A DNA stretch of 64,000 nt, taken from the NCBI GenBank assembly GCA_965262675.1, contig OZ253554.1, positions 570,997-634,996 on the forward strand, read 5' to 3'. The notes under the pieces are model-generated. The model worked only from the letters and a program-made list of their open reading frames with translations. It had not been told where the DNA came from and did not search any database. Shown piece after piece: positions 43,359 through 52,953 of this stretch; position 1 is the first letter of the stretch; each line of letters starts with the position of its first letter. A program made the position numbers and the translations under genes. Source of the stretch: Terriglobia bacterium. Lineage in GTDB: Bacteria > Acidobacteriota > Terriglobia > 20CM-2-55-15.

Positions 43359-43669
43359 ATGGTGTCACCTGTCTTTCTTGTCGACGGTTCGCAGAATTCT
43401 GTGACCGTCATGGGAGATTCCGAACTCGTTAAGTGCTGCCGTTCGATCCGTCGAGCGGCTCCGGCATGGCCGACGCTGCAACCGGCGCGAACGACTCCAT
43501 AAGCGCCTTCACGTCCGGGGCAACCGGGCCCGTCGAGCGGTCCAGTAGGAACGCGGCGACCCGTTGGACGGTTTCGACGTGCTTCATGGTTGCAACGTCG
43601 AGGCGGCGGGTTGTGTGGTAGACGGCGGTAGAACGTCCGAGCGTTCCCGCTGCTGCCCCCCTATTGGCG

Positions 43670-44095
43670 TTACGCGATACTGTGTCCGTTGGCTAGACGA
43701 CGGAGAACTCGACTGGCTTCCACATATTCGTTCGTGTCGTCGTAATCGACGGCGTCCAGCGTGGTCCTGTACGCGGCTGCAACAACAGGGCCGAATTTGT
43801 GACTAAGGTACTCCACCACATCGTGGCGCAGCGTGTACGCGTATTCGATTTCCGGTCTGAGGTCGAGCCCAACAGAGTGGTTCTGTAAGTGGTTCACGAA
43901 CTCAAGGAGCTCGCGTCGGGTTCCCGTGCACCACAGACAAAAGCGCTTGAGCATAGCCAGTGCGAATGGTGCGTGCTTTCGAATCGCTAACAGCGAGCGT
44001 ACCAAGCGTACGATCGGAAATAGGTCGAGCAGCGGTTCCGGAAATAAAGACTTGGCGAACTCGAAGATCTCCTTCAACTTTTCCATGATGGGCAT
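43670..44095 (-). CDS. Hypothetical protein
   Basis: 141-aa ORF with plausible composition; no recognised motif. Confidence 0.4.
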   Translation of the reverse strand: MPIMEKLKEIFEFAKSLFPEPLLDLFPIVRLVRSLLAIRKHAPFALAMLKRFCLWCTGTRRELLEFVNHLQNHSVGLDLRPEIEYAYTLRHDVVEYLSHKFGPVVAAAYRTTLDAVDYDDTNEYVEASRVLRRLANGHSIA

Positions 44096-44256
44096 AAGTT
44101 ATGGCGCACCGCTGTCAGAACAGGTCCACGCCTTGCGCGGACACGCCCCATATTGTTCCCTCCGTACGGCCCGGCGCGTTACACCAAACCGCTGCCGCTG
44201 TTACCTCAGTGTCACACCGGAAGATTCCGACCTGCCAGAGATCTTGGATATATCAT

Positions 44257-44356
44257 GCGGATAAGTAAAATAAGCGGGCTTCGCAGTACAGGGACTGGCA
44301 AGACGCACGACCGGAATGTCGCCGTTGGGGTGTTATGTTGAGCCGGAGGGAGCCAG
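44257..44356 (+). repeat. 281-bp junction element, right-truncated copy (100 bp)
   Basis: Runs from GCGGATAAG to GGAGGGAGCCAG. Confidence 0.95.
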
Positions 44357-44915
44357 CACTTCGATCTCGTGGAGGCTCGGACGCGGCTGCGGTGTCAGGC
44401 TGATCTCACCGGTCCATAGCACGCCCGCCTCGGCGAGATCCCGAACGGCCTGCCGCGCCGTTTCGGGCGTGTTGTTGCCAAGGCCGATCCGACCGGACGG
44501 GATGATGCGCGGGCCGTTGATCTCACCGCTCTCGATCCGATCGCGGAGGATGACGTTGCCCTCAGCCGGCCCACCGCAGGACAGGATCGTCGTGTAGCCC
44601 GCTTCGAGCTGCGCCTGCATTTCCTAGCGTTCATTGGGACCGGTGTTGATATGGCGGTGCGCGTCGATAAACCCCGGCATCGCCGTCAGGCCGTCTGCGT
44701 CAATCGTGGGCAGACCGGGAGCGCTGATCGGTCCAGGGCCGATTTCGGCGATCCTGCCGCCTCGAACGACGATCGTGCCCGAATCGATGACGCTTCCATC
44801 ACCAGCGATGATCCTGACGTTGGTGACCGCGATGTCTTGCGCCAGCAGAGAATTGGCGCTGAGCACGCCGACCCATACCAAAGTGCACAGGAAAGTCCGA
44901 AGTTTCAGCTTGAGC
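44352..44915 (-). pseudogene. Amidohydrolase-family protein, N-terminal fragment with in-frame stop
   Basis: Signal peptide, IVVRGGRIAEIG and MPGFIDAHRH; TAG at 44624-44626; then EAGYTTI and GPRI, cut at the element. Confidence 0.82.
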
Positions 44916-45178
44916 CCCTTTCGTCGACCAGGTTTGTGGCTCGATTCTACCCGGACAACCATCAAAATCGTTGGCTCAAATCACGCTCTCGCAGGACGCA
45001 TGATTGACGCGAATCGCGGCAACGTCAAGTCCGGGTCCGGTCGGCCATCCGCCTCGTGTGTGATTTGCGTTCCTGTTAGGGACACCGTCCAGAAATCATT
45101 GGACTGTGCTATCCCTTCGAAGTAGCGTTCACCAAGGCTCGATCGGAGCGGAGGCCGGTCCAGATGGGAGGAAGAGTC

Positions 45179-46549
45179 ATGAAAAAGGTGCTGTGGAGTG
45201 CGATTACGCTTGTTCTGACATTGTCGTTTGCCTGGTTCGGCCTTGCCCAACAGGCCGTGGATCCGGGATTCGAAAGCGTCGGCCGGGGTGCGGCGATGCT
45301 GGCAGATATCGCTGACTACCAGGGGGTTGGCGCGGGTGGCCGCGGTGGCCGCGGTGGACGTGGTGGTGGTGGCGGCGGTGGCGGCGCAGCGTTTGACGGG
45401 GGAGCGCCCGTCGGCGAGACGCCTCCAGGGATCCAACCGCTCGCAGTGGATATGTTCACCACGACGGACTTCTACCAGGACAGCGACCTGTGGAGCGATC
45501 CGCGTTATTTCCGGTGCAACAGCTCCACGGCGATCGAGGGTTTCTGGACCCGCAACGCCGAGCTCCTGCTCGGTGACGATCCGCCGCGAACCGCGGCTTG
45601 GGGGCATTGCGACCGCAACTATCCGCGCGAAGCCATCGTCAGTCCGTATGAGTTCGATACGGCCCAGGCCCACTACGAGGCGCTCATGGAAGAATCGCGG
45701 CAGCGCGGCGGGCCGACCGAGCACACCTATGCCACGGTTCCCGGCGAGTGGACCGGCCGCTACCGTTCTGCCGGCGGGTACTGGTTCCGGATGGGCCAGA
45801 TGCAGATACCAACCGTCCTGTCGCTTCTGACCGACGAGTACCAGACGCGGTTCGTGCAGGAAACCTACCATCACGGCGTGACGAACAGGTCCATGTGGCC
45901 TTCGCAGTACTGCTGGCCTGAAGGGTTCTTGCGGCGATGGCACGGAGCTGCGGTCCGGGATCACAGCATCATGGTGACGCCGTCGATGGTCCAGATCCTG
46001 GCCGGAGTGGCGGACAATTTCATCACCAACATCCACATCGGACGCGAGTTCAACATGAACGGTGTGGTGCCGCGTCTCGGGGCCGATGTGCCCCGGTGGT
46101 ACGGGGAAACGATTGGATTCTGGGACGAGGACGTGCTGATCACCTGGACGTCCAACATCCAGGGTTGGAAAGTACATGCGGCGATCGAGCACTCCAACAT
46201 GATGCAGTCGATCGAGATCTATGCGCCGACGCACGATGAGGACGGAACGTTAGTCGGGATCAACCACGAAGCGATCTTCTACGATCCGGAAGCTCTGGTC
46301 GAACCCGTGCGCATCGTTCGAGACTTCGTCAAGACCAACGATTTCGAACAGGGTGATTCCTACGTGTTCGTCGAATGCCTCCAGACGATCTATCCGATCG
46401 AAGGGGTTGGAACATCGATGGCTCCAGGCTCGGTGTTTGAGTACGAAATGCTCGACATGTACGGCCGACCCTGGGCCCAGCTCTGGGAAAAGTACTGGGA
46501 AGAGGGGATGGAACAGCCGGAAGAGGAAGATATCTTTTCCTTCAATTAG
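45179..46549 (+). CDS. Conserved hypothetical secreted protein (homolog of 34881-36077)
   Basis: Signal peptide, Gly-rich linker, PPGIQPLAVDMFTTTDFYQD...DPRYFRCNS, CWPEG and WYGETIGFWD. Confidence 0.82.
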   Translation: MKKVLWSAITLVLTLSFAWFGLAQQAVDPGFESVGRGAAMLADIADYQGVGAGGRGGRGGRGGGGGGGGAAFDGGAPVGETPPGIQPLAVDMFTTTDFYQDSDLWSDPRYFRCNSSTAIEGFWTRNAELLLGDDPPRTAAWGHCDRNYPREAIVSPYEFDTAQAHYEALMEESRQRGGPTEHTYATVPGEWTGRYRSAGGYWFRMGQMQIPTVLSLLTDEYQTRFVQETYHHGVTNRSMWPSQYCWPEGFLRRWHGAAVRDHSIMVTPSMVQILAGVADNFITNIHIGREFNMNGVVPRLGADVPRWYGETIGFWDEDVLITWTSNIQGWKVHAAIEHSNMMQSIEIYAPTHDEDGTLVGINHEAIFYDPEALVEPVRIVRDFVKTNDFEQGDSYVFVECLQTIYPIEGVGTSMAPGSVFEYEMLDMYGRPWAQLWEKYWEEGMEQPEEEDIFSFN

Positions 46550-48496
46550 TCTGAAGTTCCCCCGCCAGTATGGACGTATCTAGCTGAGAAATAAGAACAA
46601 ATCACGATATGGAAATGTCGGCTACTGGGAACGTCTTGATCAGTTCGGCAGCGCGCCGTTGCAGAGGGGTGGGTTCGGTGAGGCGTTCGAGAGGCGGGCC
46701 ATCGGGATCGGTTTGGAGTCGGCAGGCGCACCGGCATTGGGTCGCCAACTCGGCGAGCAGGGTGGACATGCTGTGCAAGGGCAAACCGTCATCGGTCCGG
46801 CGGCGGTTCTTCTTGGCCTTCGCCGTGTCGGACGCCTGGGCGGGCAAGACGGGATCGCGCGTGGCGCGTTGCAGGTCGAGTTCTTCGTCGTGGAACAGCA
46901 ACGGCGCGAGCGCCTGGCGCAGGTGCCATTCGACGTAGTAGGCGAGCATGCACAGGAAGATATGGGCGCGCACACGCGACTCGGCGCGATGGTATATGGG
47001 CCGTATCCGCAAGTCCACGGTCTTCAGGGACCGAAAGGCGCGTTCGACGCGGGCGAGGTTCTTGTAGCCGCGGACCACGGCGGCGGCGTCGAGTCGCGTG
47101 GCCGGTTCGCTGGTGCGGACGACGTAGTACCCGTCCAGGGCCGCTTCGCGTTCAATGGCGGCGGTCTTGCGCTGGTAGGTAAAGCGGTGGTCTTCAATGA
47201 CGGTTTCGAAGTGCTTGGCCATCTTGAAGCGGTTCTGCGCGCGCCCGACTTTCTCGGCAATGGCGGTCGCGGTGAGCGGCGTGCGGGTCCGCCGCGCCAC
47301 CTGGCGCTGGATCTTGCCGAACGCCTCTTCGGTGGCCGTGAGCAGCGCGTCGCGTTTGCGCCGGCGGCGCTCGGCCAGTACCGGGTTGTGGCAGACCACG
47401 AGCCGCTCGTCCGGGTACGCCGCGACGGTGATTTCGGCCAGATTCCGCGCATCGAACAACGACGTTTGCACCGCGCCCTGCTCGAACAACCGGCGAATGT
47501 CGGTATGCCGCAACGCCGAAATCCAGCCTAACCCCGGGTGCTGTTTGAGATGGTCGATCTGCGTCTGCGTCAGCATGCCGCGATCGCCCACCAGCACCAC
47601 CCGTTCGAGACCGAAGCGATCGCGCAGTTTCGCCACCTGGTCCGGAACCGTCTTCGGATCGGCCGTGTTGCCCTCATAGGCCTGTATGGCCACCGGCCGC
47701 CCCGCCGCATCGGTCATCGACCCATAGACCACGATGGGCCGTCCCCGCTTGCCGTCGCGGCTGTAACCGAACTGGGCCAGGGCACAGGCGCGCCCTTCGT
47801 AATAGCTGCTGCTGACGTCATAGAGCACGTGCCCGCTGTCGGTCAGATGCCGCGCGGCCAGCCGCCGTTCAATCCGCTCCTGACGCTCCAGCAGCCAGTC
47901 CATGGCGTCGTAGAGATCGTCCTCATCGGCGTTGTCGAGCGCCAATTCCTGAGCCAGCGTGGTGGTGTGCCACAGCCGCGTGGCGGCGAGCTTGGACGTG
48001 GGCGCCAGAAGGCGCTGGACCAGCATCGCCAGCACCAGGTCGCGCGGCCGGGACCGTTTGCGGTCCAGCAAGGCCGGCAGGTCGAGACGGCGCAGCAGGT
48101 GCAGGATCAGTGCGACATGGCCGTGCGGCAGCGCACGGTCGATGGTGAATGCCTCCTCGGGGTGGACCAGGGGTTGGTCCTTGAGCAGTTGGCGGAGGCG
48201 GGCGACTTTCTGCGCGGGCCAATGGGAGAGATTGGCGATGGTGCGTTTGCGGACGCGATGGCCTTCGCGCCAGCCTTCCCGCAGCAGGACGGCGGGTGGC
48301 GAGTTGCGGTTGGGAACCGTTTCGACGTACATGGGAACATAAGATACGTGATATAGCCGATTAAAACAAGATAAAAATGAGACAAGAGATTCTATTACAT
48401 GGGAACAACTGGCACTTCTATGCCGGGGCATAATGCCCCTTAATTCAAGAGGTTGGGGTGCGTTTTCGACCGAAATGCCGAGGGAACTTCAGTCTA
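46547..48496 (-). mobile_element. IS1634-family element
   Basis: Inverted repeats TAGTCTGAAGTTCCC and GGGAACTTCAGTCTA flank the transposase. Confidence 0.88.
46602..48332 (-). CDS. IS1634-family DDE transposase
   Basis: MYVETVPNRNSPPAVLLRE, LYDVSSSYYEG, GYSRDGK, VGDRGM, VERAFRSLK and RVRAHIFLCMLAYY. Confidence 0.93.
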   Translation of the reverse strand: MYVETVPNRNSPPAVLLREGWREGHRVRKRTIANLSHWPAQKVARLRQLLKDQPLVHPEEAFTIDRALPHGHVALILHLLRRLDLPALLDRKRSRPRDLVLAMLVQRLLAPTSKLAATRLWHTTTLAQELALDNADEDDLYDAMDWLLERQERIERRLAARHLTDSGHVLYDVSSSYYEGRACALAQFGYSRDGKRGRPIVVYGSMTDAAGRPVAIQAYEGNTADPKTVPDQVAKLRDRFGLERVVLVGDRGMLTQTQIDHLKQHPGLGWISALRHTDIRRLFEQGAVQTSLFDARNLAEITVAAYPDERLVVCHNPVLAERRRRKRDALLTATEEAFGKIQRQVARRTRTPLTATAIAEKVGRAQNRFKMAKHFETVIEDHRFTYQRKTAAIEREAALDGYYVVRTSEPATRLDAAAVVRGYKNLARVERAFRSLKTVDLRIRPIYHRAESRVRAHIFLCMLAYYVEWHLRQALAPLLFHDEELDLQRATRDPVLPAQASDTAKAKKNRRRTDDGLPLHSMSTLLAELATQCRCACRLQTDPDGPPLERLTEPTPLQRRAAELIKTFPVADISIS

Positions 48497-48530
48497 AACG
48501 GTGCTGTGAGAAGTTACCGTGAGAGGGTAG

Positions 48531-48615
48531 TGCTGGTGGTGGGAATCGAACCCACAATCCCTTACGGGAACCGGTTTTTTGAGACCAGCTCGTGTGCCAG
48601 TTCCGCCACACCAGA
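48531..48615 (-). pseudogene. Degenerate tRNA-Leu(CAA)
   Basis: Reverse complement ctggtgtggcggaactggcacacgagctggtctcaaaaaaccggttcccgtaagggattgtgggttcgattcccaccaccagca. T-arm, long variable arm and discriminator A are intact; G1 is lost, the anticodon loop has 8 nt and the D-stem has mismatches. Confidence 0.82.
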
Positions 48616-48646
48616 TTAAGGAAACACTAATTTTCGCAGCAGACCT

Positions 48647-48668
48647 GCGGATGAGTAAAATATGCGGG
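48647..48668 (+). repeat. 281-bp junction element, 22-bp degenerate left-end remnant
   Basis: GCGGATGAGTAAAATATGCGGG versus consensus GCGGATAAGTAAAATAAGCGGG (20/22). Confidence 0.8.
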
Positions 48669-49046
48669 ATCGAGTATCGGATCTAGGGCCGGAAGTTCAA
48701 CATCGCGGGACCGTCCAACGGCGGGATCGTTGCGTTCCATGTGGCGGCGGCGCATCCGGAGTAATTCCTCTCGGTAACCGCCTTCCCCGGATACATGCGG
48801 CGGCCCAGCAACGCCAAGCTCGACGCGATCTCGGGCATGTGTGTGTTCATGTACGTGGGCGAATTCGACCGGTACATGTGGCACGACGAAATGAAGAGAG
48901 AAACCGACTATCTGGCTTCCAAAGGCACCCTGGCCCGTTACACTGTCGAGATAGGCCATCCCCACGGTATTGCGACACTCACCGGAGCCTGGGCGGGCCG
49001 CCTGTTCGACGGATTCGAAGAAACCGTGAACGGCTGCAGCCAATAG
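48669..49046 (+). pseudogene. Alpha/beta-hydrolase C-terminal fragment with stops
   Basis: IAGPSNGGIVAFHVAAAHPE*FLSVTAFPG...MYVGEFD...HPHG; stops at 48684 and 48762. Confidence 0.65.
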
Positions 49047-49171
49047 GAAATCGAAGCTTGGCCGGGGCTTGACTTCGGTCGGAAAGAATCGGCGTGACAA
49101 GCGCTTGAACGATTAATCCCCTGAATATGCGCTGGTATAATCGTTCCCGTTCCAGTTCCGAGGTGTATGTA

Positions 49172-50593
49172 ATGAACGAAGAAGAAGATGAAGACTTCGC
49201 CGCGATGTTCGAAGCCTCGGTCGGGGCCAAGCGCTTCGACCGGGGTCAGACCGTCGATGGCACGATCGTTGCGATCGGTGCCGAGGTGGCCTTGGTCAGC
49301 GTGGGCGGCAAGAGCGAGGCCCAGATCGACGTCACGGAATTGAAGGATGCCGACGGCAACCTGGAAGTCGCTGTTGGCGATCCCATCCAGGCCATCGTCG
49401 TCTCCACCAGCAACGGCATCACACTGTCGCAGAAGGGCGTGCGCAACGCTGCCACCCAGCGCGAAATCGAAGAGGCATTCCAGGACGACCTCGCCATAGA
49501 GGGTAAGGTCGAGACTGCGATCAAGGGCGGCTACGAGGTGCGCATCGCCCGGGAGCGCGCCTTCTGCCCGATGTCGCAAATCGACATCGCCCGCACCTCC
49601 GATCCGGCAGTATATGAGGGGCAGGTCTACACCTTCCGCATTATCGAGTACAAGGAAGGGGGCAAGAACATCGTGGTCTCGAGGCGCAAGCAGCTCGAAG
49701 AAGAGCAGCGCGCCGTTGCGGCCGAGGTTCGCAAATCCATCGTACCCAGCGCGGTGCTCACGGGGCGCGTCGTCTCGGTGCCCGAATTCGGCGCGTTCGT
49801 GGATTTGGGTGGCGGCATACAGGGCCTGCTGCACGTGTCCGAGATGAGCTGGTCGCGCGTGAGCAGTCCCAGCGATATCGTGGCGCCCGGCGATCGGATC
49901 ACCGTCCAGGTGCTGCGCGTGGACGACGACGCCGACAGAATTTCGCTCGGGCTGAAACAGCTCCAGAAGGATCCGTGGACCGAGGTGGCGACCCGCTACG
50001 AAGTGGGCCAGGTACACACGGGCCGCGTCACGCGAATGATGGAGTTCGGCGCCTTCGTAGAGCTGGAACCGGGCATCGAGGCGCTGGCGCACTCCTCGAC
50101 GTTCGCACCGACGGCGCGCACCGACGGGTGGATGAAGTCCATCGCTGTGGGTGCGACCGCCGCGTTCGAGATCTTGAGCATCGACCCCGAGAAGCAGCGT
50201 ATGGGTGTCGCGATGGTGGAGGAAGGTTCCACCCGAGCACCGCAGAGTGGCATCGTGGCGGGTTCGATCTTGGTTGGAAAGGTGGAGCGGCATGAGAAGT
50301 TCGGCGTGTTCGTGTTCCTGGCGCCTGGCAAGACCGGTCTCGTGCCATTTGCGGAGACCGGAGTGGACCGCGACCAAGACATGGTGAAGGCGTTTCCCCT
50401 GGGCAGCGAGGTTGAGGTGATGGTGGTCGAGGTTGATCCGGCCGGGGGCAGGATTCGCCTCAGCAAGAAGGCGGTAGCCAAGCAACGGGAGCAAGCGGAG
50501 CTACAGGAGTACGCGGAGCGACCGGATGCCCCGGCGACGGCGTCGTTTGGATCACTAGCCGACAAACTGCGAGGGGCGCTCGGCAATCGCTAG
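49172..50593 (+). CDS. Ribosomal protein S1-like multi-S1-domain protein
   Basis: Repeated S1 motifs (FGAFVDLGGGIQGLLHVSEMSW, RISLGLKQL, FGAFVEL, FGVFVFL); C-terminal FGSLADKL. Confidence 0.9.
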   Translation: MNEEEDEDFAAMFEASVGAKRFDRGQTVDGTIVAIGAEVALVSVGGKSEAQIDVTELKDADGNLEVAVGDPIQAIVVSTSNGITLSQKGVRNAATQREIEEAFQDDLAIEGKVETAIKGGYEVRIARERAFCPMSQIDIARTSDPAVYEGQVYTFRIIEYKEGGKNIVVSRRKQLEEEQRAVAAEVRKSIVPSAVLTGRVVSVPEFGAFVDLGGGIQGLLHVSEMSWSRVSSPSDIVAPGDRITVQVLRVDDDADRISLGLKQLQKDPWTEVATRYEVGQVHTGRVTRMMEFGAFVELEPGIEALAHSSTFAPTARTDGWMKSIAVGATAAFEILSIDPEKQRMGVAMVEEGSTRAPQSGIVAGSILVGKVERHEKFGVFVFLAPGKTGLVPFAETGVDRDQDMVKAFPLGSEVEVMVVEVDPAGGRIRLSKKAVAKQREQAELQEYAERPDAPATASFGSLADKLRGALGNR

Positions 50594-50706
50594 CCGATGG
50601 CTGAACTTCCCTCACAGGATTTTCTAGGCACCCCGGGGAGTCCAATCCGCCGCAACGAGCGAACCAAAAGTTTTCCAAGCGGATAATCTGACTGGAAAGA
50701 CACTGA

Positions 50707-51021
50707 GCGGATAAGTGAAATAAGCGGGCTTCGCAGTACAGGGACTGGCAAGACGCACGACCGGAACGTCGCCGTTGCGGTGTTATGTTGAGCCGGAGGG
50801 AGCCAGGACGGGAGAATCGCGACAAAAGATCGTTCCGGATACGCGAGATTCACGACCCAAAGATCGTTCCGGATACGCGAGATTCACGACCCAGGCACAC
50901 GAATCCGGCTTCGGCCTTTTGCCGTCTTCAGAGCCAGTCCGTTTCAGTGGGTTGCACAGCCGGGTTAACGGGTGGTGCACGCGAAGGCAGGCCGAGGCAG
51001 TCCAGGATTTTCTGGGTAGCG
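50707..51021 (+). repeat. 281-bp junction element, full copy with internal 34-bp tandem duplication (315 bp)
   Basis: Runs from GCGGATAAGTGAAAT to TTCTGGGTAGCG. aaagatcgttccggatacgcgagattcacgaccc occurs twice (50825-50892). Confidence 0.97.
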
Positions 51022-51097
51022 TGAAAACAACGCGGTGCTCGAGGCGGATCGCCTTTTGCGTGGACGAAGCATTGAACTGGCTGCATAGGAGCGAACA

Positions 51098-52078
51098 ATG
51101 AAGAGAAAGATTGCCCTTGAGGAGCACTTCGCTACTCCCGACACGCTGGAAGATTCTGCCCGATTCGTGCCGGCGGATCATTGGAACGAGCTGAAGCGAA
51201 GACTACTGGATATCCAGGATCGACGGCTTCGTGAGATGGATGCTCATGGCATAGAGATCATGATCCTGTCGCTCAATGCACCGACCATACAAGCCATTCC
51301 TGACGTCGTCCGAGCCAACGAGATCGCACAAAGATGCAACGATTACCTGGCTGAAGAAGTCGCGAAACGACCTGACCGATTTCAGGCCTTCGCGGCCCTG
51401 CCGATGCAGGATCCCGATCTGGCGATCATTGAGCTGGAGCGCACCGTGAAGCATCTCGGATTTCGGGGAGCCCTGGTCAACGGTTTTTCGCAGACAGATG
51501 ATTCGGACACTCTGTTGTACTACGACCTTGAGCGGTACCGGCCTTTCTGGGCCGCGATAGAACGGCTTGAGGTTCCATTCTATCTTCACCCGCGAAATCC
51601 GCTGCCCACCGATTCGAGAATCTACGATGGGCACGAATGGTTACTCGGACCAACCTGGGCTTTCGGACAAGAGACCGCCGTCCATGCGCTCCGCCTCATG
51701 GGGTGCGGATTGTTCGACCAGCATCCGCGGTTGCGGATCATCCTCGGGCACATGGGAGAAGGACTGCCTTACAGCCTGTGGCGTATCGACCATCGAAATG
51801 CCTGGGTAAATGCACGCCCACGCTACAAGGCAAAAAGGAAGATCGCTGAATACTTCTGTGAGCACTTCTATCTGACGACCTCGGGTAATTTTCGAAGCCA
51901 AACACTGATCGATGCGCTCCTTGAGATTGGTGCCGACCGGATACTATTTTCCACCGACTGGCCTTTCGAGAACGTGGATCATGCCGCCACCTGGTTTGAA
52001 AGCGCTCCAATCAGCGAAAGGGATCGAGAAAAGATCGGGCGACTCAATGCGCTCGATTTGTTCAGGATCGAGGCGTAG
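51098..52078 (+). CDS. Amidohydrolase-2 family aromatic acid decarboxylase (gamma-resorcylate/2,3-dihydroxybenzoate type)
   Basis: KIALEEHF, LSLNAPTIQ, FYLHPRNP, LLGPTWAFGQETAVHALRL, LGHMGE, TTSGNF and FSTDWPFE. Confidence 0.9.
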   Translation: MKRKIALEEHFATPDTLEDSARFVPADHWNELKRRLLDIQDRRLREMDAHGIEIMILSLNAPTIQAIPDVVRANEIAQRCNDYLAEEVAKRPDRFQAFAALPMQDPDLAIIELERTVKHLGFRGALVNGFSQTDDSDTLLYYDLERYRPFWAAIERLEVPFYLHPRNPLPTDSRIYDGHEWLLGPTWAFGQETAVHALRLMGCGLFDQHPRLRIILGHMGEGLPYSLWRIDHRNAWVNARPRYKAKRKIAEYFCEHFYLTTSGNFRSQTLIDALLEIGADRILFSTDWPFENVDHAATWFESAPISERDREKIGRLNALDLFRIEA

Positions 52079-52084
52079 GCAACA

Positions 52085-52350
52085 TGGAACGCTCAATCGA
52101 TGCCCTCGAGGAATTGTCTCAGGCCAGAGTCGGTCCGTTCCATTGGCGACTCTGCATTGCGATGGGGTTGCTCACGTTCATCAATGGTTACGACACATTC
52201 AACCCCGCTTACGTAATTCATTATGTGGCCGGACCCTGAGGTCTGCAGCCGGGGCAGGCAGGACTCCTGGTGTCGAGTGGATTGGTTGGATTCCTGGTGG
52301 GTGCCCTCGCCCACGGCATCATTGCAGACCGCTATGGATGTCGAGTAAGC
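52085..52350 (+). pseudogene. MFS aromatic-acid transporter, decayed N-terminal fragment
   Basis: LQPGQAGLLVSSGLVGFLVGALAHGIIADRYGCR (MFS motif A), cut at the element. Confidence 0.7.
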
Positions 52351-52558
52351 GGATAAGTAAAATAAGCGGGCTTCGCAGTAGCTTCGCAGTACAGGGACTG
52401 GCAAGACGCACGACCGGAATGTCGCCGTTGCGGTGTTATGTTGAGCCGGAGGGAGCCAGGACGGGAGAATCACGACAAAAGATCGTTCCGGATACGCAAG
52501 ATTCACGACCCAGGCACGCGAAGGCAGGCCGAGGCAGTCCAGGATTTTCTGGGTAGCG
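52349..52558 (+). repeat. 281-bp junction element, both ends present, with 11-bp duplication and 82-bp deletion (210 bp)
   Basis: gcttcgcagta is duplicated; the deletion lies between two GCAC; ends in TTCTGGGTAGCG. Confidence 0.96.
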
Positions 52559-52747
52559 CTGGTCTACTTTGTGATGCCCATCGATGCGATTCCCGACTTC
52601 ATTCCCTTCACCGGTTTTGCCGACAATTTGGCTGTTCTGCTCTTGGCCACGGCACTGGTCGCCATTCACATCAAACCCGAACACAAGAAGATGGCAGAGG
52701 AAACATGGGAAAGATTCTGGTCCAAGGCTAATCCCGATACTCGCTGA
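52556..52747 (+). pseudogene. YkvA/DUF1232 protein, C-terminal fragment
   Basis: ALVYFVMPIDAIPDFIPFTGFADNLAVL...*; the first codon GCG is also the element's terminal GCG. Confidence 0.85.
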
Positions 52748-52953
52748 ATTGGATCAGGTAGCGACGGCGAGGGCGTGCCGCAGCTCAACACTCATCAATG
52801 AAACACAGATCGGTGACGGCTTCGCTGGCCCCGACAATCTGGTTCACCTGATCGAAACAGGTAAAGTGGTGTCGCGCCTGCGGCGAGGCGCGGACCGCCT
52901 TCACCGACCCGCCCAGAATGGGGTGACGAAAGGCGACTGGCTGCCGCATGTTC

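Noticed and set aside
45331-45386. GGT/GGC microsatellite-like run
   Set aside because: It encodes the Gly/Arg linker GGRGGRGGRGGGGGGG in a secreted protein.
33570-48764. Amber recoding suggested by in-frame TAG at 33570, 44624 and 48684
   Set aside because: A TAA (48762) interrupts one of the same frames, the genes are truncated anyway, and many intact genes end in TAG; decay is the simpler explanation.
50707-51021. Junction element as a group II intron remnant or retron
   Set aside because: No GUGYG start, domain V or AY end recognisable on either strand, and no reverse transcriptase in the window.
50775-51101. ORFs such as [21 protein letters not shown] and [16 protein letters not shown] recurring in the ORF track
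   Set aside because: They are translations of the repeat; the 11-, 34- and 82-bp indels break the frame, so the unit is unlikely to be coding.
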